Numbered from the stretch's first letter, positions 24,034 to 37,733 are shown. The stretch: 64,000 bases of DNA from Chrysemys picta bellii (GCF_011386835.1 NC_088798.1:7874001-7938000); one strand, 5' to 3'. Program-made: numbers and translations. The notes: generated from the letters alone by a model not told the origin.

Positions 24034-24578
24034 TATAGTGCTCATAAAAGTTGCTAGACTGACAGCTCTAAAGACTGCAGGCTTCTGTTTATCCACAGAA
24101 TAGGAACACAATGCCCTAGTGTGCGTGTATCCTGCTCTGAAGTGACCATCGGTAGGACTGAGAGAGCAGGTGAGGGCTGGTTTAATGGTTCAAGCACAGG
24201 ACTTGGAGTTTGCAATTCTGAAGTTCTAATCCTGACTTTTTCACCTTTTGCCTGTTATTCTCACCAGTACAGCATTAATAATAATACTCTCCTCCTGAGG
24301 CCTGGCTTGGAAAGCACTTGGAAGACATGAAGCACTTTAGTGGATTCACGTTAAGTATTAATTCATCTGCCAGGCCAATTCACTCTTTGACCCTCCTGCA
24401 GAGGCTTCCAGTTAGTGTCAGCTATGACACTTTGTGCGATTTGGGCAGCTGGCCACCAGCAACTGGACTGAAACCAGCCACTCACACAGGACACAGATGA
24501 GTCATCAGATGGTAGTAACATTTGGTCACGACAGGCCTGAACTGGATTTGAAAGGGTGACCTAGAGGTGAAAGACTCC
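24034..24578 (-). mobile_element. LF-SINE, apparently interrupted by a MIR-like piece (about 24172-24350)
   Basis: TAGTGCTCATAAAAG...CTGTTTATCCACAGAATAGG and CAGATGGTA...GGATTTGAA...CTAGAGGTGAAAG match the recalled LF-SINE consensus in antisense. Confidence 0.75.
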
Positions 24579-24863
24579 CTCAAGAAACCTTTTGTATTCA
24601 AATGCATATTAAATTAGACATGGGCTGAGGAGACCAAGTTAAGACCCAGATCAGGTTTAGACAAGACTTTGAGGTCAAATGCACACACAATTTTTGTGCA
24701 ACTTTACCCTAGGGCTAAATGGGAACCAGGAAATGAGCTCCTTCTGATTTTGGGTCTGACCCAAAACCAAAACTATAAAGGTAGGTTTGAACAAGGGCAT
24801 TTTAATCATATCTCACACATAAATTCAGAAGGATTTGGATTCAGAGAACTGGTTTTCACCTAC

Positions 24864-25730
24864 ATCATAGAAACGTAGGACTGGGAGAGACTTTGATAGG
24901 TCATCTAGTACAGTCCCCTGCACTGAAGCAGGACTAAGTATTATGTAGACCCTCCCTGACAGGCATTTGTCAAACCCGCTTTTAAAAACCTCCAATAACA
25001 GAGATCCCCCAACCTCCCTAGGTAATTTGTTCCACTGTTTAACTACCCTTACACTTGGAAGTTTTTGCTAATGTCTAACCTAAATCTCCCTTGCTGCAAT
25101 TTAAGCCCATTATTTCTTGTCCTGTCCTCAATGGATAAGGAGAACAATTTATCACCCTCCTCTTTATAACAACCTTTTATGAACTTGAAAACTGTTATCA
25201 TGTCCCCACTCAGTCTTCTTTTCTCCAGACTAAACAAACACAATTTTTTCAATCTTCCTTATAGGTCATGTTTTCTAGTCCTTTAATCATTTTTGTTGCT
25301 CTCCTCCAACTTTCTCTTTCCCAGACCTGTGTTGCTCAGAACTGGATGCAATATTCCAGTTGAGGCCTCAATGGTGCTGAATGGAAAAATTACTTCTTGT
25401 TTACAGCACGCCTGCTAATACATCCCAGAATGTTGTTTGCCTTTTTTGGGGGGCGGAGGGGGGGGGGCAACAGTATTACATTATTGACTCATATTTTGTT
25501 TGTGATCCACTATGTCCCCCAGATCCTTTTCTGCAGTACTCCTTCCTAGGCAATCATTTCCCATTTTGTATGTGTGAAACTTGATTATTAAGACCATTTG
25601 GAACTCTAATCCTGTCCTCCAAAGTTCTTGCAACCCCTTCCCAGCTTGGTATCATCTTCAAACTTTATACATGTGCTCTCTGTGCCATTATCCACCTCAT
25701 CGGTGAAGATATTGAACAGAACCAGGCCAA
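24864..25730 (-). mobile_element. CR1 LINE 3' fragment
   Basis: ORF 25049-25252 [26 protein letters not shown]...GRFRLDI (CR1 ORF2 C-terminus); TTCTATGAT tail. Confidence 0.92.
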
Positions 25731-26339
25731 ATACTACAGGTTTATATTAGAAGGCTATGTGATTGTGTGATTAGAGTAAAAACAAAGGGCAAAGAAAGGT
25801 CCCAAGCTGTTATCTCACTGTGGGCTTTTGATAGACCCACTGGATTCCACCCATCTCTAGACCCACGCCCAAATCCCTGGCTACTCAGTTTGCACAGAGT
25901 GCATCCCCTGCACGGACTCTTTAAATCTCACTCTCTCACCCTGCTGTTACCTAGCAGCTCTGTGTTCTTGGGGAACCAAGGCACAGTATCCAGCCTGTCT
26001 GACTCATGAAAGACCTTCCCCCCCCCCACCCCACCCCAGCCTCTGCTTGAACCAAAACCGATCAGAAGAAAAACTTACAAAAAGCAATGGAAAGGCTGTG
26101 GGAGACACACAGAAACCCCTGGGATAAGGATGACAGGGTTAAGGAAACTCCCCTAGCCTCATTTGCATCGAAGATGGGACAAAGAGGCATCTCCATTAGC
26201 AAACAGAATGGAGAACAGAGATTCCAAAGCAAGAACTGCATGGAACTCTGGGACCAGAAAAGTAGGGAAGCACTGGATGATGGGGGATCTCTGCTCCAGA
26301 TGTTAATGAACCCACGCCTGCACACACCCAGCTCAGTAG

Positions 26340-26446
26340 TTGGCTGGGATGGTTTAGTTGGGGATTGGTCCTGCTTTGAGCCAGAGGGTTGGACTAGATG
26401 AACTCCTGAGGTCCCTTCCAACCCTGATATTCTATGATTCTATGAT
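26340..26446 (+). mobile_element. CR1/SINE shared 3' tail
   Basis: GGGGATTGGTCCTGCTTTGAGC...GGTCCCTTCCAACCCTGATATTCTATGATTCTATGA. Confidence 0.85.
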
Positions 26447-29400
26447 CAGACCAATTCTAGTAATAAATCCTTTATTGGTATCCAAAATAGTGAAGCACCC
26501 TAATTGCATTGTGAGCTCCCTGGAAGGAACACCGCCCACAGCCAGGAATGATCAGCTCCTATGGTCTAGCCTGAACAAAACAACTTTGGTATACTCCCTT
26601 GAGCCATCAGTTTACACATAAACAAATCTAGTGTTCTCCCTTGAACCATTGTTGTTTCTCTACAAAAACCCCTACCCACGCTCAAGGAAGTGTTCTGATG
26701 CCTGGATCCAAAATCTGCATCTTTTCCATTGGGACTTCATCTTCTCCTGACTGATCGTGCTGGGGGCTCTGCCTGTCTCCAGCACTCCGGACCCTCAGCT
26801 ACCACCACCACTTGAGACCCCCGATGGATTCAAGCTCTCTCTCTCGGTATAGCCTTCTGACCCTGACTTGTGTGACCACTTATAGTTTTCTAAACCGGAC
26901 TTTTATAATCAAATTTAAGTTAGATTTAATATTATCACTGTTTTGTTTGTTTGGCTCCCCTTGTATGCTTATTAGGCAATAAATAACTTTCATGGTTAAA
27001 CTGGTTGCTTCTCTCTCTCTCTCTCTCTTCCCCCCCCCCCCCCCCTCGTGGGTGTTTTTTGGCTTCCCCATTTGCTCTGCAGCAACGCTCCCCGTACCTA
27101 AGCTAAAGATCCCTGCAGCGCCCAAAAAGCCAGTGGGGTTTGCTCATCAAGTGGGTTATTACCAGAACAATTGTAATGTGAAAGTGCGGATAGAGATGTG
27201 CGGAACCTGGGACATATGAGGGTGACAGCTTGGAAATGCTGCTCGACCCAGCCTACTGAGTCCAGGGACATATAAGGGGTCAGCTTGGGAGTGCCGATTA
27301 ACCCGGTCCTCTCAGATGCGCTCTGTTAATGTGTGTGTGTGTTCATCTGATTCTGGGGCTGGAAGAACCAAGCCCTGGGGAACCTAGGTCCTGCAGGATA
27401 GCTCCATTGGGAGGGAACTTGCAGCAGGGAGAAGTAGAGCTCCATATGAGAACACAAGTAGTAAATTGACAGAAGTACAGACCCCCCCCCCCCCGAAGAA
27501 TAATCCTAATAAATGAGCGCACCCCAAAGTAATGGGCAAAGCTGGTAACACTGCACAGAAGAACTTCACTGGTTCTGCTGCAAGAAGGCTGTCCATGAGA
27601 AGGGATGGGAATTTGGCCAAAAAAACAGGAGGTTCAGTGAAACAAATAGATGCCCTCTCCCAGCTAAGACTTCTTAGTAAGTAAGACCTAGAAATAACCA
27701 CTGTTCCTTGTGATAAGAAGTAGAAGGATGGATCTGAGCAGGAAAAACTGTCTATGACCACATTCCCTATTGCCAATGTGTCTTAGTGCAATGTAAGAAC
27801 TTAAGTGTTAAATCCAGAATGCATCTGCCATGGTGCAGGTTTCCTTGCTTGGTTCCTGATGGCACGTTAGGCTGCTGAGGGGACCAGTGAGAAATGTTTC
27901 AGTTCTGAAAATAGAGGTTCCTGCCTGTGGGCATTTGCCCACTTGCATATTTCTGACCTGTCCTTTGTGAAACACAAAATGAAGCATTTGCCACATCGAA
28001 GGACCCTACAAACACACAGGAACACACAAGACCAACAAGGACAGACGCAAATACAGGTACCTTCTCCTCCAATGAGAACTCCCTCTCAAACTCCCCTGTT
28101 AGCCGCCCTGTTTGCTGCCTCCGGTGCCGCTGCTCGCAATTTGTTTATAGTACCCATCAAAGTGACAACAATTTAGGGCAAGAAGTGAAGGATATTGTAT
28201 CCTGATGAAATTTGGGGGGGCTTAAAATGTAATCACTCACACTGGAATTTGACCAGTGGCTTTTTGCAAGAAGGAATCTTTAAATATTTAATGACCACAA
28301 AAGTCTTTCAGATCTTGACTGAAAGCATTTAGGGTATAAGAAGAGGGAAAAAGAGAATTCCTACCTGAGATATAAAGGGAATAGTACGCGTTAGAGTGTA
28401 TAGTAATGTGTTTCGAACAGAAACACTATAATCCAGACAACCCTTGGACATGCTAATTGCAACACCTGTCTGTGCAAGTCTGTTTCCTAGACAGGATGTG
28501 GCAAAGGCAGCAAGATGGAAAGAAAGCCATACATACTGCTTGTTTTCATGTGCGTCTCTGAGCACCGACTACTGCTAATCATAACAGACTTTATGGTCTG
28601 ATCCTAGAGCTGCAGTTTGACTGCTGCAATATTGAGTTCTTAGCAATTGTGATACTAATATTTTGTGCTTTATGAGCATGAATTAAGGAAGCCTCCCGAC
28701 GCCACTGATGTGGGCATTCTGTCGCTTTACAGAGAAGTCCATTGTGTCCCAAAGATTAAATTGCCTATAGTCACACAGCAGTCAGGAATGGTACCAAGGA
28801 GTCCTCAGTTGCAGTCCCCTACTCTAGCAGGTAGACAGCACTCCAATTAAGTGATCTTTCAGAGCCAAATCAGAATCAAACTGTGAAATAACCAGTTTTC
28901 CTAACATTATTTTACTCTCTGGATTAGGACCCCTGTGATTCTTGGAAATTACGTCTAAAATAAACGAGGGCTCTTCCTTGCTGTTAGAATCAAACTAAAG
29001 AAAGGCATGTTACTACGATTGCTGGTGTCCAAAATATCAGTCAATATCCATGTCACTGCATGAAGGATAAGTAAAAAGGAGATATATTAACCTGGATTCA
29101 AACGGACAAAGCCCTGCTTATCAGAATCAGCACATCTGTCAAGTTAGGTGGAAAACACAGAGCGAGGGGGAGTTAGCATACAAATGTCATGTGGCAGGTT
29201 TTGTTGGTTAGTGGGAGTTTGCAGTACATGGATGCTAATCATATGTTCCAGAACTGAATGGCACAGACAGAAAAGTACACTTGCTCTCATTCCTAATCTT
29301 CTCAATGTAGTCTTACAGCAAGCAGAAATCACCGATTGAGCAATGTCAAATTCATGGTCATTTCCCATTTGGTTTCCTCTTCTCCCTCCCTTGTCAACTT

Positions 29401-29890
29401 CACTCTACGCACAACTGGATGAGAGCAGGCAACAGAGCACCTCCAGGTGAGAGATAAGAGGAACGATTTATGTGGCAAGGGCTGACAAACAGTAGCCTCA
29501 AGGCACTGGAAGTAGCTTTGAAACAAGCTAGATAACTGGACACTTTTTTCCTTGAGCAGAGCATGATAACTAATACAGCCAGGGGTACACCTGATGCACC
29601 CTTCCAACTCTGATTGACACTAGCACCCAGGCATGGACGGAAGAATAAGGTTTCTTGGATTTTAGTGACACAGAATCCAGTTGGCAGCACAGGTCTCTTT
29701 CACTGCGGCTCAGGCCTTCCTCCCTATGCTTTACATTTCGCAATATTTATCATCTGCATAGTGTTGTAAACGTGCACGGTACAGTCGAAGACGGATTTGT
29801 CTCAAGCCCACTCTGGTTGGATCCCCCTTAGGGGTGAAAGAATAGATCCACATGCCCTCCGCAGGCCACTCAGAACTAGTCCTTCTTGGG

Positions 29891-31033
29891 TGTAACTGAG
29901 AATCCTTTTACACCACTTCCTATAGGATTTCAGGCCTGGACTACACTATAGAGTTAGGTCGATCTAAGGCTGCTTACGTTGACCTGTGTCAGTGTTCACA
30001 CTCCAGCCTTGATCCTGCCGATGTAAGTGCCCTACTACCCTGACATCATAACTCTATCTCCACGAGAGGCATAGGGCATATGTTGGTGTCGTTGGGGCGA
30101 TGCAGTGTCTGTGTAGACACTACAGGATACTTACATCCACTGCTGGCTTCATCCTTGTCAATTTCATGGGTCCAGCATGGAGTCATGAAATTGACAAGAA
30201 AGCCACTCACCGCTCAGGCTGTCACCCTGGGGCCGGCTCCCCGCTCTCAGCCGGCCTGCTGCCCAGGCTCCCCACCAAGAGCCCAGGTGCTGCCCGGGCT
30301 CCTGGCTCCCCATTGGGAGCCCGGCAGCCGCCCAGGCTCTGGGCATGGACCTCCCTGCTGGGAGCCCAAGCGGCTGCCCTGTTAATGGTGGGGAGCGAGA
30401 GCCTGGAGGCAGCCGTGCTCCCAGCAAGGAGCAGGGATCCAAGAGCCGGGGGGGAGGGACGGGCAGCTGGACTCCCGTCGGGGAGCTGTACAAAGCTGAG
30501 AGCCTGGGTTCTCAGCTCCCCACACTCCCCCTCAAGTCAATGGAAGCGCTCCTGGTGAGGTCGCACACCACCAACAGAAGGAGGGCAGTGTGGACATGAA
30601 CTACCGCAGTAATTACTGTGGTGGCTGTAAGTCGACCTAACAGAGGACTTGAGTTTGTAGTGTAGACATGCCATCTGGCAGCTTGCTGATGCTTACGTAC
30701 CTAGGACCCAGGCTCCACCCCCTGCAGTCCTATTGGTGGAGTCCCAGCATAACTGATTGGCCAGCTGGCCCTACTTAAGCTAGCAGCAGGTACAGGAAGC
30801 TGTCTGAACAACTGGACTCCACTCTGTTCTGGACGGGGTGCTTTGTGCTTCCTGCTCCCACGGCTTGACTTCCTGGCACCCTGACAAGGCCTGTTTCCTG
30901 ATTGGTGGTTCTGACCTCCAGTTTGTCTCCTGACTCTGACCTCCTGGTATCCTGACCCTGCTGACTCCTGTCTTGTGACCGCAGCCTCTGGCTCTGACTA
31001 CTAGGTCTGGCCACCCATGACCTGACTGTGACA
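29891..31033 (+). mobile_element. Probable Gypsy-type LTR interrupted by a Harbinger-type MITE
   Basis: TGTAAC start, GTGACA end, ATTGG boxes and CTGACTC-type repeats like 2330-2950; no TSD found and the 5' end is uncertain. Confidence 0.45.
29933..30672. mobile_element. Harbinger-type MITE
   Basis: GGCCTGGACTACACTA / TAGTGTAGACATGCC ends with GTCGA subterminal motifs; GC-rich interior. Confidence 0.75.
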
Positions 31034-32611
31034 CACTTTGCCAGTTGGCATTGAGGGGCTCATAGGGTCACAGAGTTTATTGTATCTCTCTGCAGAAAAA
31101 ATAAAGCAAAGTAAACAGAGAGAGAGAGCGCGCACAACTGCCTACGCACGGAGTACAAAGAACCATTTACAACTGGGTTTTGCCCTACTCTTGAATGAAT
31201 GTGCTACATTGCCACCCAGTGGGTGAAGGAGCATATTGAAGCTCCTACTTCCCTCAATCGTATGCATGCTATGGACAATTGGTGGCCTCTGCTGCCCTAA
31301 TTTCTGTCTTGGCTTTGATGCACTGTTTTCATGCTGTCCCAAGGACACTAAAAACAGTAACAACGACTGCACACCCACCCACCCACAGAGTTGGCGGTTT
31401 GCAGTCACGAGCTATAGAAAGACAGCCAGATCACGTTGTGGCCCAAGTTGAAAGATGAACATGCAAGCCACCATCTTGGCCGTCACCAGGCAATAAACCA
31501 GGCACCGCCGGAGCTGAAAGCATAAAGTCTCTACAGCTTGAGCCAAAGAGCCAGGCTCTCACATTGAGAGCTGTAAGAGAACCAGGCTGTGCTCTGTGGA
31601 TTGGGCACAGACAGGGGTACTTCACACTCACTGAGCAGTAGGTTGCACAAGCGTAAACTGAAATCCACAGGATGGAGATGGAACACCTTGAGGCACGTGG
31701 TTCTTGGACGGCAAGTGGGATTTCAGCTTGAGAGTCCTGTGTCTTTTCAGGAATGGGGCTGACTGGGAAGTCAATAGTCCATCCATTTAAAGTGATATCC
31801 AAATGCCCCCCTTGCCACATTAGTTCTCCACCACCCTCGAAAGCGCAACACATGACAAGTTTAGCTGAGCATGGCTTGGCCCAACACTCTTTACAGCCCT
31901 ACAGCACTGTTCTGAGCAATGGCTTGAGTAGGCACCCGATAGTCATACAAGTCATCCCCCCCCCCCCGCCAAGCTCCCATCCCCACAGCTGCCTATGGGG
32001 GAAAGTCTTCAGGTTGTCTATTAATTCTCAGTGCAAGTGTTTCTGTAGATTGAATTCAGAAATCAGTCAAGCCATTCATGATTTTATGGCTTGTTGAAAG
32101 CCCAGCTTCCGTATAAAATAAGACTGAGCAAATATAAGTAAAGATCCCGTTTGTCTTTCAGGAAAGCACAGTACATGGATAAAAAGGACACAGAACTATG
32201 TTCTCTTCTCCCATCCCAACCAGAGGAAAAATGCGGCCTTTATCCTTGTGGCCGAGTGTTCAATTCAATCAAACCCCTAGAACTGTGTGAATCCTCCTGT
32301 TTCCACTTAGCACAGTGCTATGATATCTTTGCTATGCTCCTGTAGCTATGACTCGTTGGGACATCACAGGCATTGCTGGTGGTTTGCAGAAGCCCTGTTG
32401 TCAATGTGTAGCCAAAGCAGTATTGAATCTGACCAGGAAACTGCACACACAGTGTCTCACAGGTAAACTAGGCAGGCTACCTGAGAATGTGCAACCTTCA
32501 GTGAAAGACCATATGTGTAATATAGAAATTAATATTAAAGGGAACCAAAACACAGGAGTCAGGCAAAGATGTTTCATACATATCATTATGACTGGCATCA
32601 CCAGGTGACGC

Positions 32612-33020
32612 TGTTACCCATAGCCTTATAAGTTCTTTTTCAGTGGGTGCAGGCAAGTTATGACTTTTGGGAAGACATGCAGCGTTGTTAGTTTTGGGTT
32701 ACGTAAGGTTTTGTGTAGAGGCAGTTTCGGGAGAGGGGGAATTGTGAGAGTAGCAGGAGAATTTGCTTTCTGCCTTAGACTCAAATTCAAGTAAATTCTT
32801 GAGGCATCCTGGGAACTGGGCGTTGGTGCTGGACTGAGACTGCTAGAAGAAGGAATCGTCCTGCATGCTGTTTGACCATCTCTTTTCAGAACTGGTTTTC
32901 ATGTGTAAATAAAGCAAGTTACATTTAGAATATACCCAGACTCCATGTCATTGATTTCTCCTCAAATAAGAAGATCACCTGCCAGGCTGTGGACATCGGC
33001 TGCAATTTGGCAGGGTAACA
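32612..33020 (+). mobile_element. Gypsy-type LTR followed by PBS-like sequence
   Basis: TGTTACCC...GGGTAACA 8-bp inverted termini, AATAAA near 32908, then TGGCGTCAGAATGAGAC (33022-33038) resembling the TGGTGTCAGAAGTGGGAT-type PBS. Confidence 0.75.
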
Positions 33021-34340
33021 CTGGCGTCAGAATGAGACACCAATGTCAAAGAAGGAGCAACGAACAGAAACACAGACCTGTAGCTGTATTCCAAAAGGAA
33101 GGTGGCAGAGGTCGATCTGGGATGGTAACTGTTAACAGTATTGTGCATTGACATTATCCTCCCTGTGGCCCTATCATGGAAGAATCCACTAATCGTTAAA
33201 TCGAGAACACTCAGATATCAAGAAAACAAACTTCCCCCTGTGAAATCAGAAATGCCAAAAAGAAGATCAGAATAAGAGCTCTCAAGAACTGGGTGAACTA
33301 CAGATCAGAACATGTTTGCCAACTGCTTGCCAGACTCAGGAAGACACAAAAGAGCCAGGAATCAGGTGAAAAAAAATACATCCTGGTTTTTTTTCAGCTG
33401 GATTGGAAGTGAACTGAAATGCAGTCTGTGACTCAGAAACCAAGTGAAAAATGGCTTCTTGGGAGATTAGCTGACTCTCCTGACCACATGGCATCGCCTC
33501 CGCCAATCAGGGGCACAAGAGAAGTCCCATGTGAACTCCATCATGTGACTTATTCTACATTACCTATTCTAATAAAAGGCACCATCACAAAACACAAAGT
33601 GAAAACACACCACAGACAGCACCATGAGGAAAGTTTTCTGAAATCCAGAAAGAGCGGGGGGGGGGGGGGGGAAATGGAGAGGGGAAGTTTGCATAAAGCT
33701 CTGACAGCTCGTTCCACTGAACCAGCACTTGGTTCTAGCACATAGTTCAAACTCAAACATCCTCCAGCCATTTCCCCCGAACCTCAGTATTTTCAAAGTT
33801 TGAAAACACCCAAGACTATGCAGTAATAAAGTATGTTGGTTTCTTAACTGCTTCTCTTTGGCTTTGAATTTATCTGAACTGAGGGGGTTTCTGATGATCT
33901 CTGATGTTTGGAACCTGATCTTGTCATCATTACCTTCTCAGACAATCTTCATTCGCCTGGATGTTGGTATATTGTAGGAGGCAGGAAGCCTAGACATTTT
34001 TATAGCAACTACCTGCCAACAGATTTCAAATTTTTATCCTTTCAAAATCCCACATCTGTCTGTGTCTCCAGGCACTGGTTCAAAAAGTTCTGCATTAGTT
34101 ATTTTTATTATCAACTTAAAAATCTTTCCATTTATTTATTTCTTAAAAAGCTATCTACAAACCTCAGCTCATTTTGTCCTCAGGCAGATATTCGAAGCTG
34201 TCTGCAAGCTTCTTCTCTTAAAAAAATAAATAAGTTAAAGTCTTTATTATACACAATGTGACAAAATCTGACCAGCTACGCTTACCCTGCTCAGATACAT
34301 GCTACACATATTTCAGCTGAAATGTCTGTGGCAGAAATAG

Positions 34341-34408
<68 letters not shown>
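34341..34408 (+). repeat. (GATA)17 microsatellite
   Basis: Pure GATA run seen directly. Confidence 0.98.
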
Positions 34409-34409
<1 letters not shown>

Positions 34410-35312
34410 GAGTGCTTCAAGGAAATGGTATTTCTAAAGCAAAGATCATTGTAAAATCAGCACAAGATGTGATGTATATATTTTATCAGCAATTGCAACA
34501 TACTAAGCTTACTAGTTTCTGTTATAGCTAAACCAAGGCCAATGTCAGGATTGCAAAACCCCAAGACTTATAAAGAAATGAGATAATGGAAACCAAAACG
34601 AACAATTGAGATTCATTTCCCAACCAAGTCTATTCTCATTGTGTACAATCCTATGCCCCACAGCGTCATCCCTGAAAGTAGCCCCATGATCTGAAGAGAG
34701 CAGAACACTTACAGCAATATACCCCTGGGTGAGGATGGTCAACTCTGCACTACTTGTTTGCCCGTTGGAAAGCTCTGCTGCTTTTTTGGCTGGATATCTC
34801 CTTACCAGAGATCACCCCCTCAGATCACCTCCAAGAACTGTCCCTTCCCCTGAACCTGTGATCTCAGGCAGCCTGGCCCACGTTAAGATTGGTTTACTTC
34901 TGGTTCAGTATGGTTAAAGATGAGTACCAAAAATGTCACATAATTCTCTCGGACCATACATTTGACATTTTATGGCAGGAGGTCAGACTGTGGTTCCTTC
35001 GGGCCCTAAAACCTATCAGTCTATTTTAGATTGACACAAAGTCTCCGAAATGCAAGAACCCAAGCTCATGTATATGTGACTGTGATTGGTTCTATTGCTT
35101 GGTTAGTGACTGGCATGTTAAACCAAACAACACATCTTAGGCTGACACAAGATGCAGATAGCATATTTTCTCTATACAAACCAATGTCGGCATATTTCCT
35201 CCTAACGATCTCCTCTATTTGTTCTCTCAATAAAATTCATTTTAAAGGAAAAAGAAGAACATACACGACATGAGGAGAGCAACGATCACGATGTGGAAAG
35301 TATATCAATATC

Positions 35313-35362
<50 letters not shown>
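35313..35362 (+). repeat. (AAAG)n microsatellite
   Basis: Seen directly. Confidence 0.98.
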
Positions 35363-35364
<2 letters not shown>

Positions 35365-36528
35365 TGTATTCTTCCAAATCCATAGGTAGTTGTGTTTGGG
35401 GATTTGTTTGTTGTTGTTGGTTTGGTTGGTTTTTGCTTGTTTTTCTTTTAAAACACACAGATATTTTACTTAGATGTGAAAAGTCAAAATTTAGATTTAA
35501 ATGGAGGTATCTACGCATTTCCCCTCCAATATCTTAAATGCAGAACACAAAAGATTAAAACTCACAATTTTCCTAAATCAAAGGACAACAGGTGAAGTTT
35601 GCATTCTGTCAACCTACTTTGTTCTATGGAAAGCAACTGAACATTCAGTAAGGCACTGTATGTGGTAGGCACACATTAAACTGGGGTGGATTAAACTGGA
35701 GTAGGGGTTATTAAAGAAGAGAATCCACATTGAAATCCACATTGAAACCACTCTTGCCTGATGTAAATCCGACCTGGCCCTTTCTCTAGCATTCCAGAAG
35801 GTTTGCTTTGAAGAAGCAGCTAAACATCACAGCAGTCCACATATCTTTCTAGATAACAACTGGTAAATAAAGGCCAATTTTTGATCTCATTTAAGTGTGT
35901 TTCATTCTCCCCCTTTCTGAACCTCACAGCTCGTGTCATCATTTACTGTTGTGCGAGGTAGGTGTGTAACCCAATTCAAATGACAGTTCTATTCCAACTT
36001 TGCTCAGAGGTAAATGACAACCCAAGAGGCTGGTACCAGAAAGGCTTTATGATGTTCCTCTCATGCCACGGTGCAGGTAGTTTTGGAAGGAGCGTTAGTT
36101 ATGGCTAGAAGTCAAGTCAGGGAAACACTGATTATAGGCACAGGAAAAAAATAATTTAAATTCTCAGACAGTAATTAGTGTCTGATAAAAAATATCCCAA
36201 CTGATTGTATTAGAACACATTTATTAACGTTTAACAGCTATGTGAGGAAGATAGATTTTACAACTGTGAAGGAAATGTCTACCTGTATTATACTGCTGCC
36301 TATTACCATAGTGTCTGGGTGCCTTCTACATAAAATCTGTAGCGATAGCAAAGTCCTTAGCATACTTCCTGGTGTGTCTGGCTCTTCGTTTCAAAAGCCC
36401 TGCTTTGGGTCGGGTATATTTTAATTAATAAAATGTACATTTACTTATTTATTTACTTTAGCTGATTCATATCATGGTTGGGATTGGGTCATTTTGGATA
36501 GACAAAGAGATGTTCAGTGTGGTGAGTG

Positions 36529-36675
36529 GTTTCAGAGTGGTAGCCGTGTTAGTCTGTATCAGCAAAAAGAACGAGGAGTACTTGTGGCACCTTAGAGACT
36601 AACAAATTTATTTGGGCATAAGCTTTCGTGGGCTAAAACCCACTTCATCAGATGCATGGAGTGGAAAATACATGA
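36529..36675 (-). mobile_element. PLE 3'/pLTR-derived insert (second subfamily)
   Basis: GTTTCAGAGTGGTAGCCGTGTTAGTCTG terminus; 13-bp direct repeat AGTGTGGTGAGTG at 36516-36528 and 36676-36688. Confidence 0.82.
36616..36655 (-). ncRNA. Minimal type I hammerhead ribozyme motif (PLE type)
   Basis: Minus strand reads GCAU-CUGAUGA-A-GUGGG uuuuag CCCAC-GAA-AGCU-U-AUGC: helix I GCAU/AUGC, helix II GUGGG/CCCAC, palindromic AGCU helix III. Confidence 0.75.
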
Positions 36676-36730
36676 AGTGTGGTGAGTGTCATTCTCATGA
36701 TGAAAATAAATAAATGGAGATATCCTATCT

Positions 36731-36898
36731 CCTAGAACTGGATGGGACCTTGAAAGGTCATTGAGTCCAGCCCCCTGCCTTCAATAGCAGGACCAAGTAC
36801 TGATTTTGCCCCAGATCCCTAAGCGGCCCCCTCAAGGATTGAACTCACAACCCTGGGTTTAGCAGGCCAATGCTCAAACCACTGAGCTATCCCTCCCC
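36731..36898 (-). mobile_element. Tortoise PolIII/SINE
   Basis: Reverse complement of the same head (ACCACTGAGCTATCCCTCCCC) and a CR1-like tail. Confidence 0.9.
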
Positions 36899-37637
36899 CT
36901 TGATCAAGCTATCCCTCCCCCTCAATCAAGTCTCACTAAATGATCTTAAGAATTAAGGAGTAGTTCACTGCACAATAACTGTTGTATTACATCTGAATTT
37001 GTTCATTTCAGATTATTTTAACAATGTAGCCCTCCAAAGCTCTAGGTGCCGGTATAAAATTTGATGCACAAAACTCACACATTGGAATCAATGGCTAAAA
37101 GTATAAAAACCTCCCAAATGAAGTCCCCTTCCAGTAGTTCTACCCTGCTAAGCTAAACCTTTAAGAACATATGTAACTACATGCACTTCGGTAGGATTAC
37201 TCTTGTTTTAAATTTATGCATGTGCATAAGTGCTTTGCTGGATTTAGACTTCAACCCTCTTTCCCAGAATGACAAAGAGGGCCTCATCCAAACTCCATTG
37301 TTATGGGAGTCTTTCAACTGACTTAATGGGGCTTTTTACGATATACCACCTTTCTGAGATATTTAAGCTCCAGCAAGATGTAGTTTGACCTTGGGTTAAC
37401 CTTGAAACACACAAGCCAAAGGGGATGATTATGTAACTGACAACAGCCAATGCAAAAGAAGAGCAAACATGCAGTGTGCAACAGGGACCAGAGAGACGCA
37501 GCCTTCATCTGACCTACTAAACATGAAATACGTTTCACCCTGAACGTGTTAACTCTGTCAGTGCAGCCAGACAAACTAGCCCTGCGCTGGCACTGCACTG
37601 CCCCGGTGTGGCTGGACCTACGGGAAAGGTCACTAGA

Positions 37638-37733
37638 TAGGGTGACCAGACAGCAAGCGTGAAAAATCAGGTCGGGGGTAATAGACACCTATATAAGACA
37701 GAGCCCCAAATATCGGGACATCTCTTCACCCTA
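37638..37733. mobile_element. Short TAGGGTGACCA-type hAT MITE
   Basis: TAGGGTGACCAGA / TCTTCACCCTA; flanks TCACTAGA vs TCACCAGG (6/8). Confidence 0.7.

Noticed and set aside
25760-27400. LTR-like sequence around 25760-26000, 26500-26880 and 27180-27400
   Set aside because: Could not define TG...CA ends or TSDs; family unresolved without a database search.
36529-36898. PLE insert adjacent to a SINE at two loci (also 19505-19905)
   Set aside because: Relative orientations and spacings differ, and each PLE has its own TSD; likely coincidence of abundant repeats.
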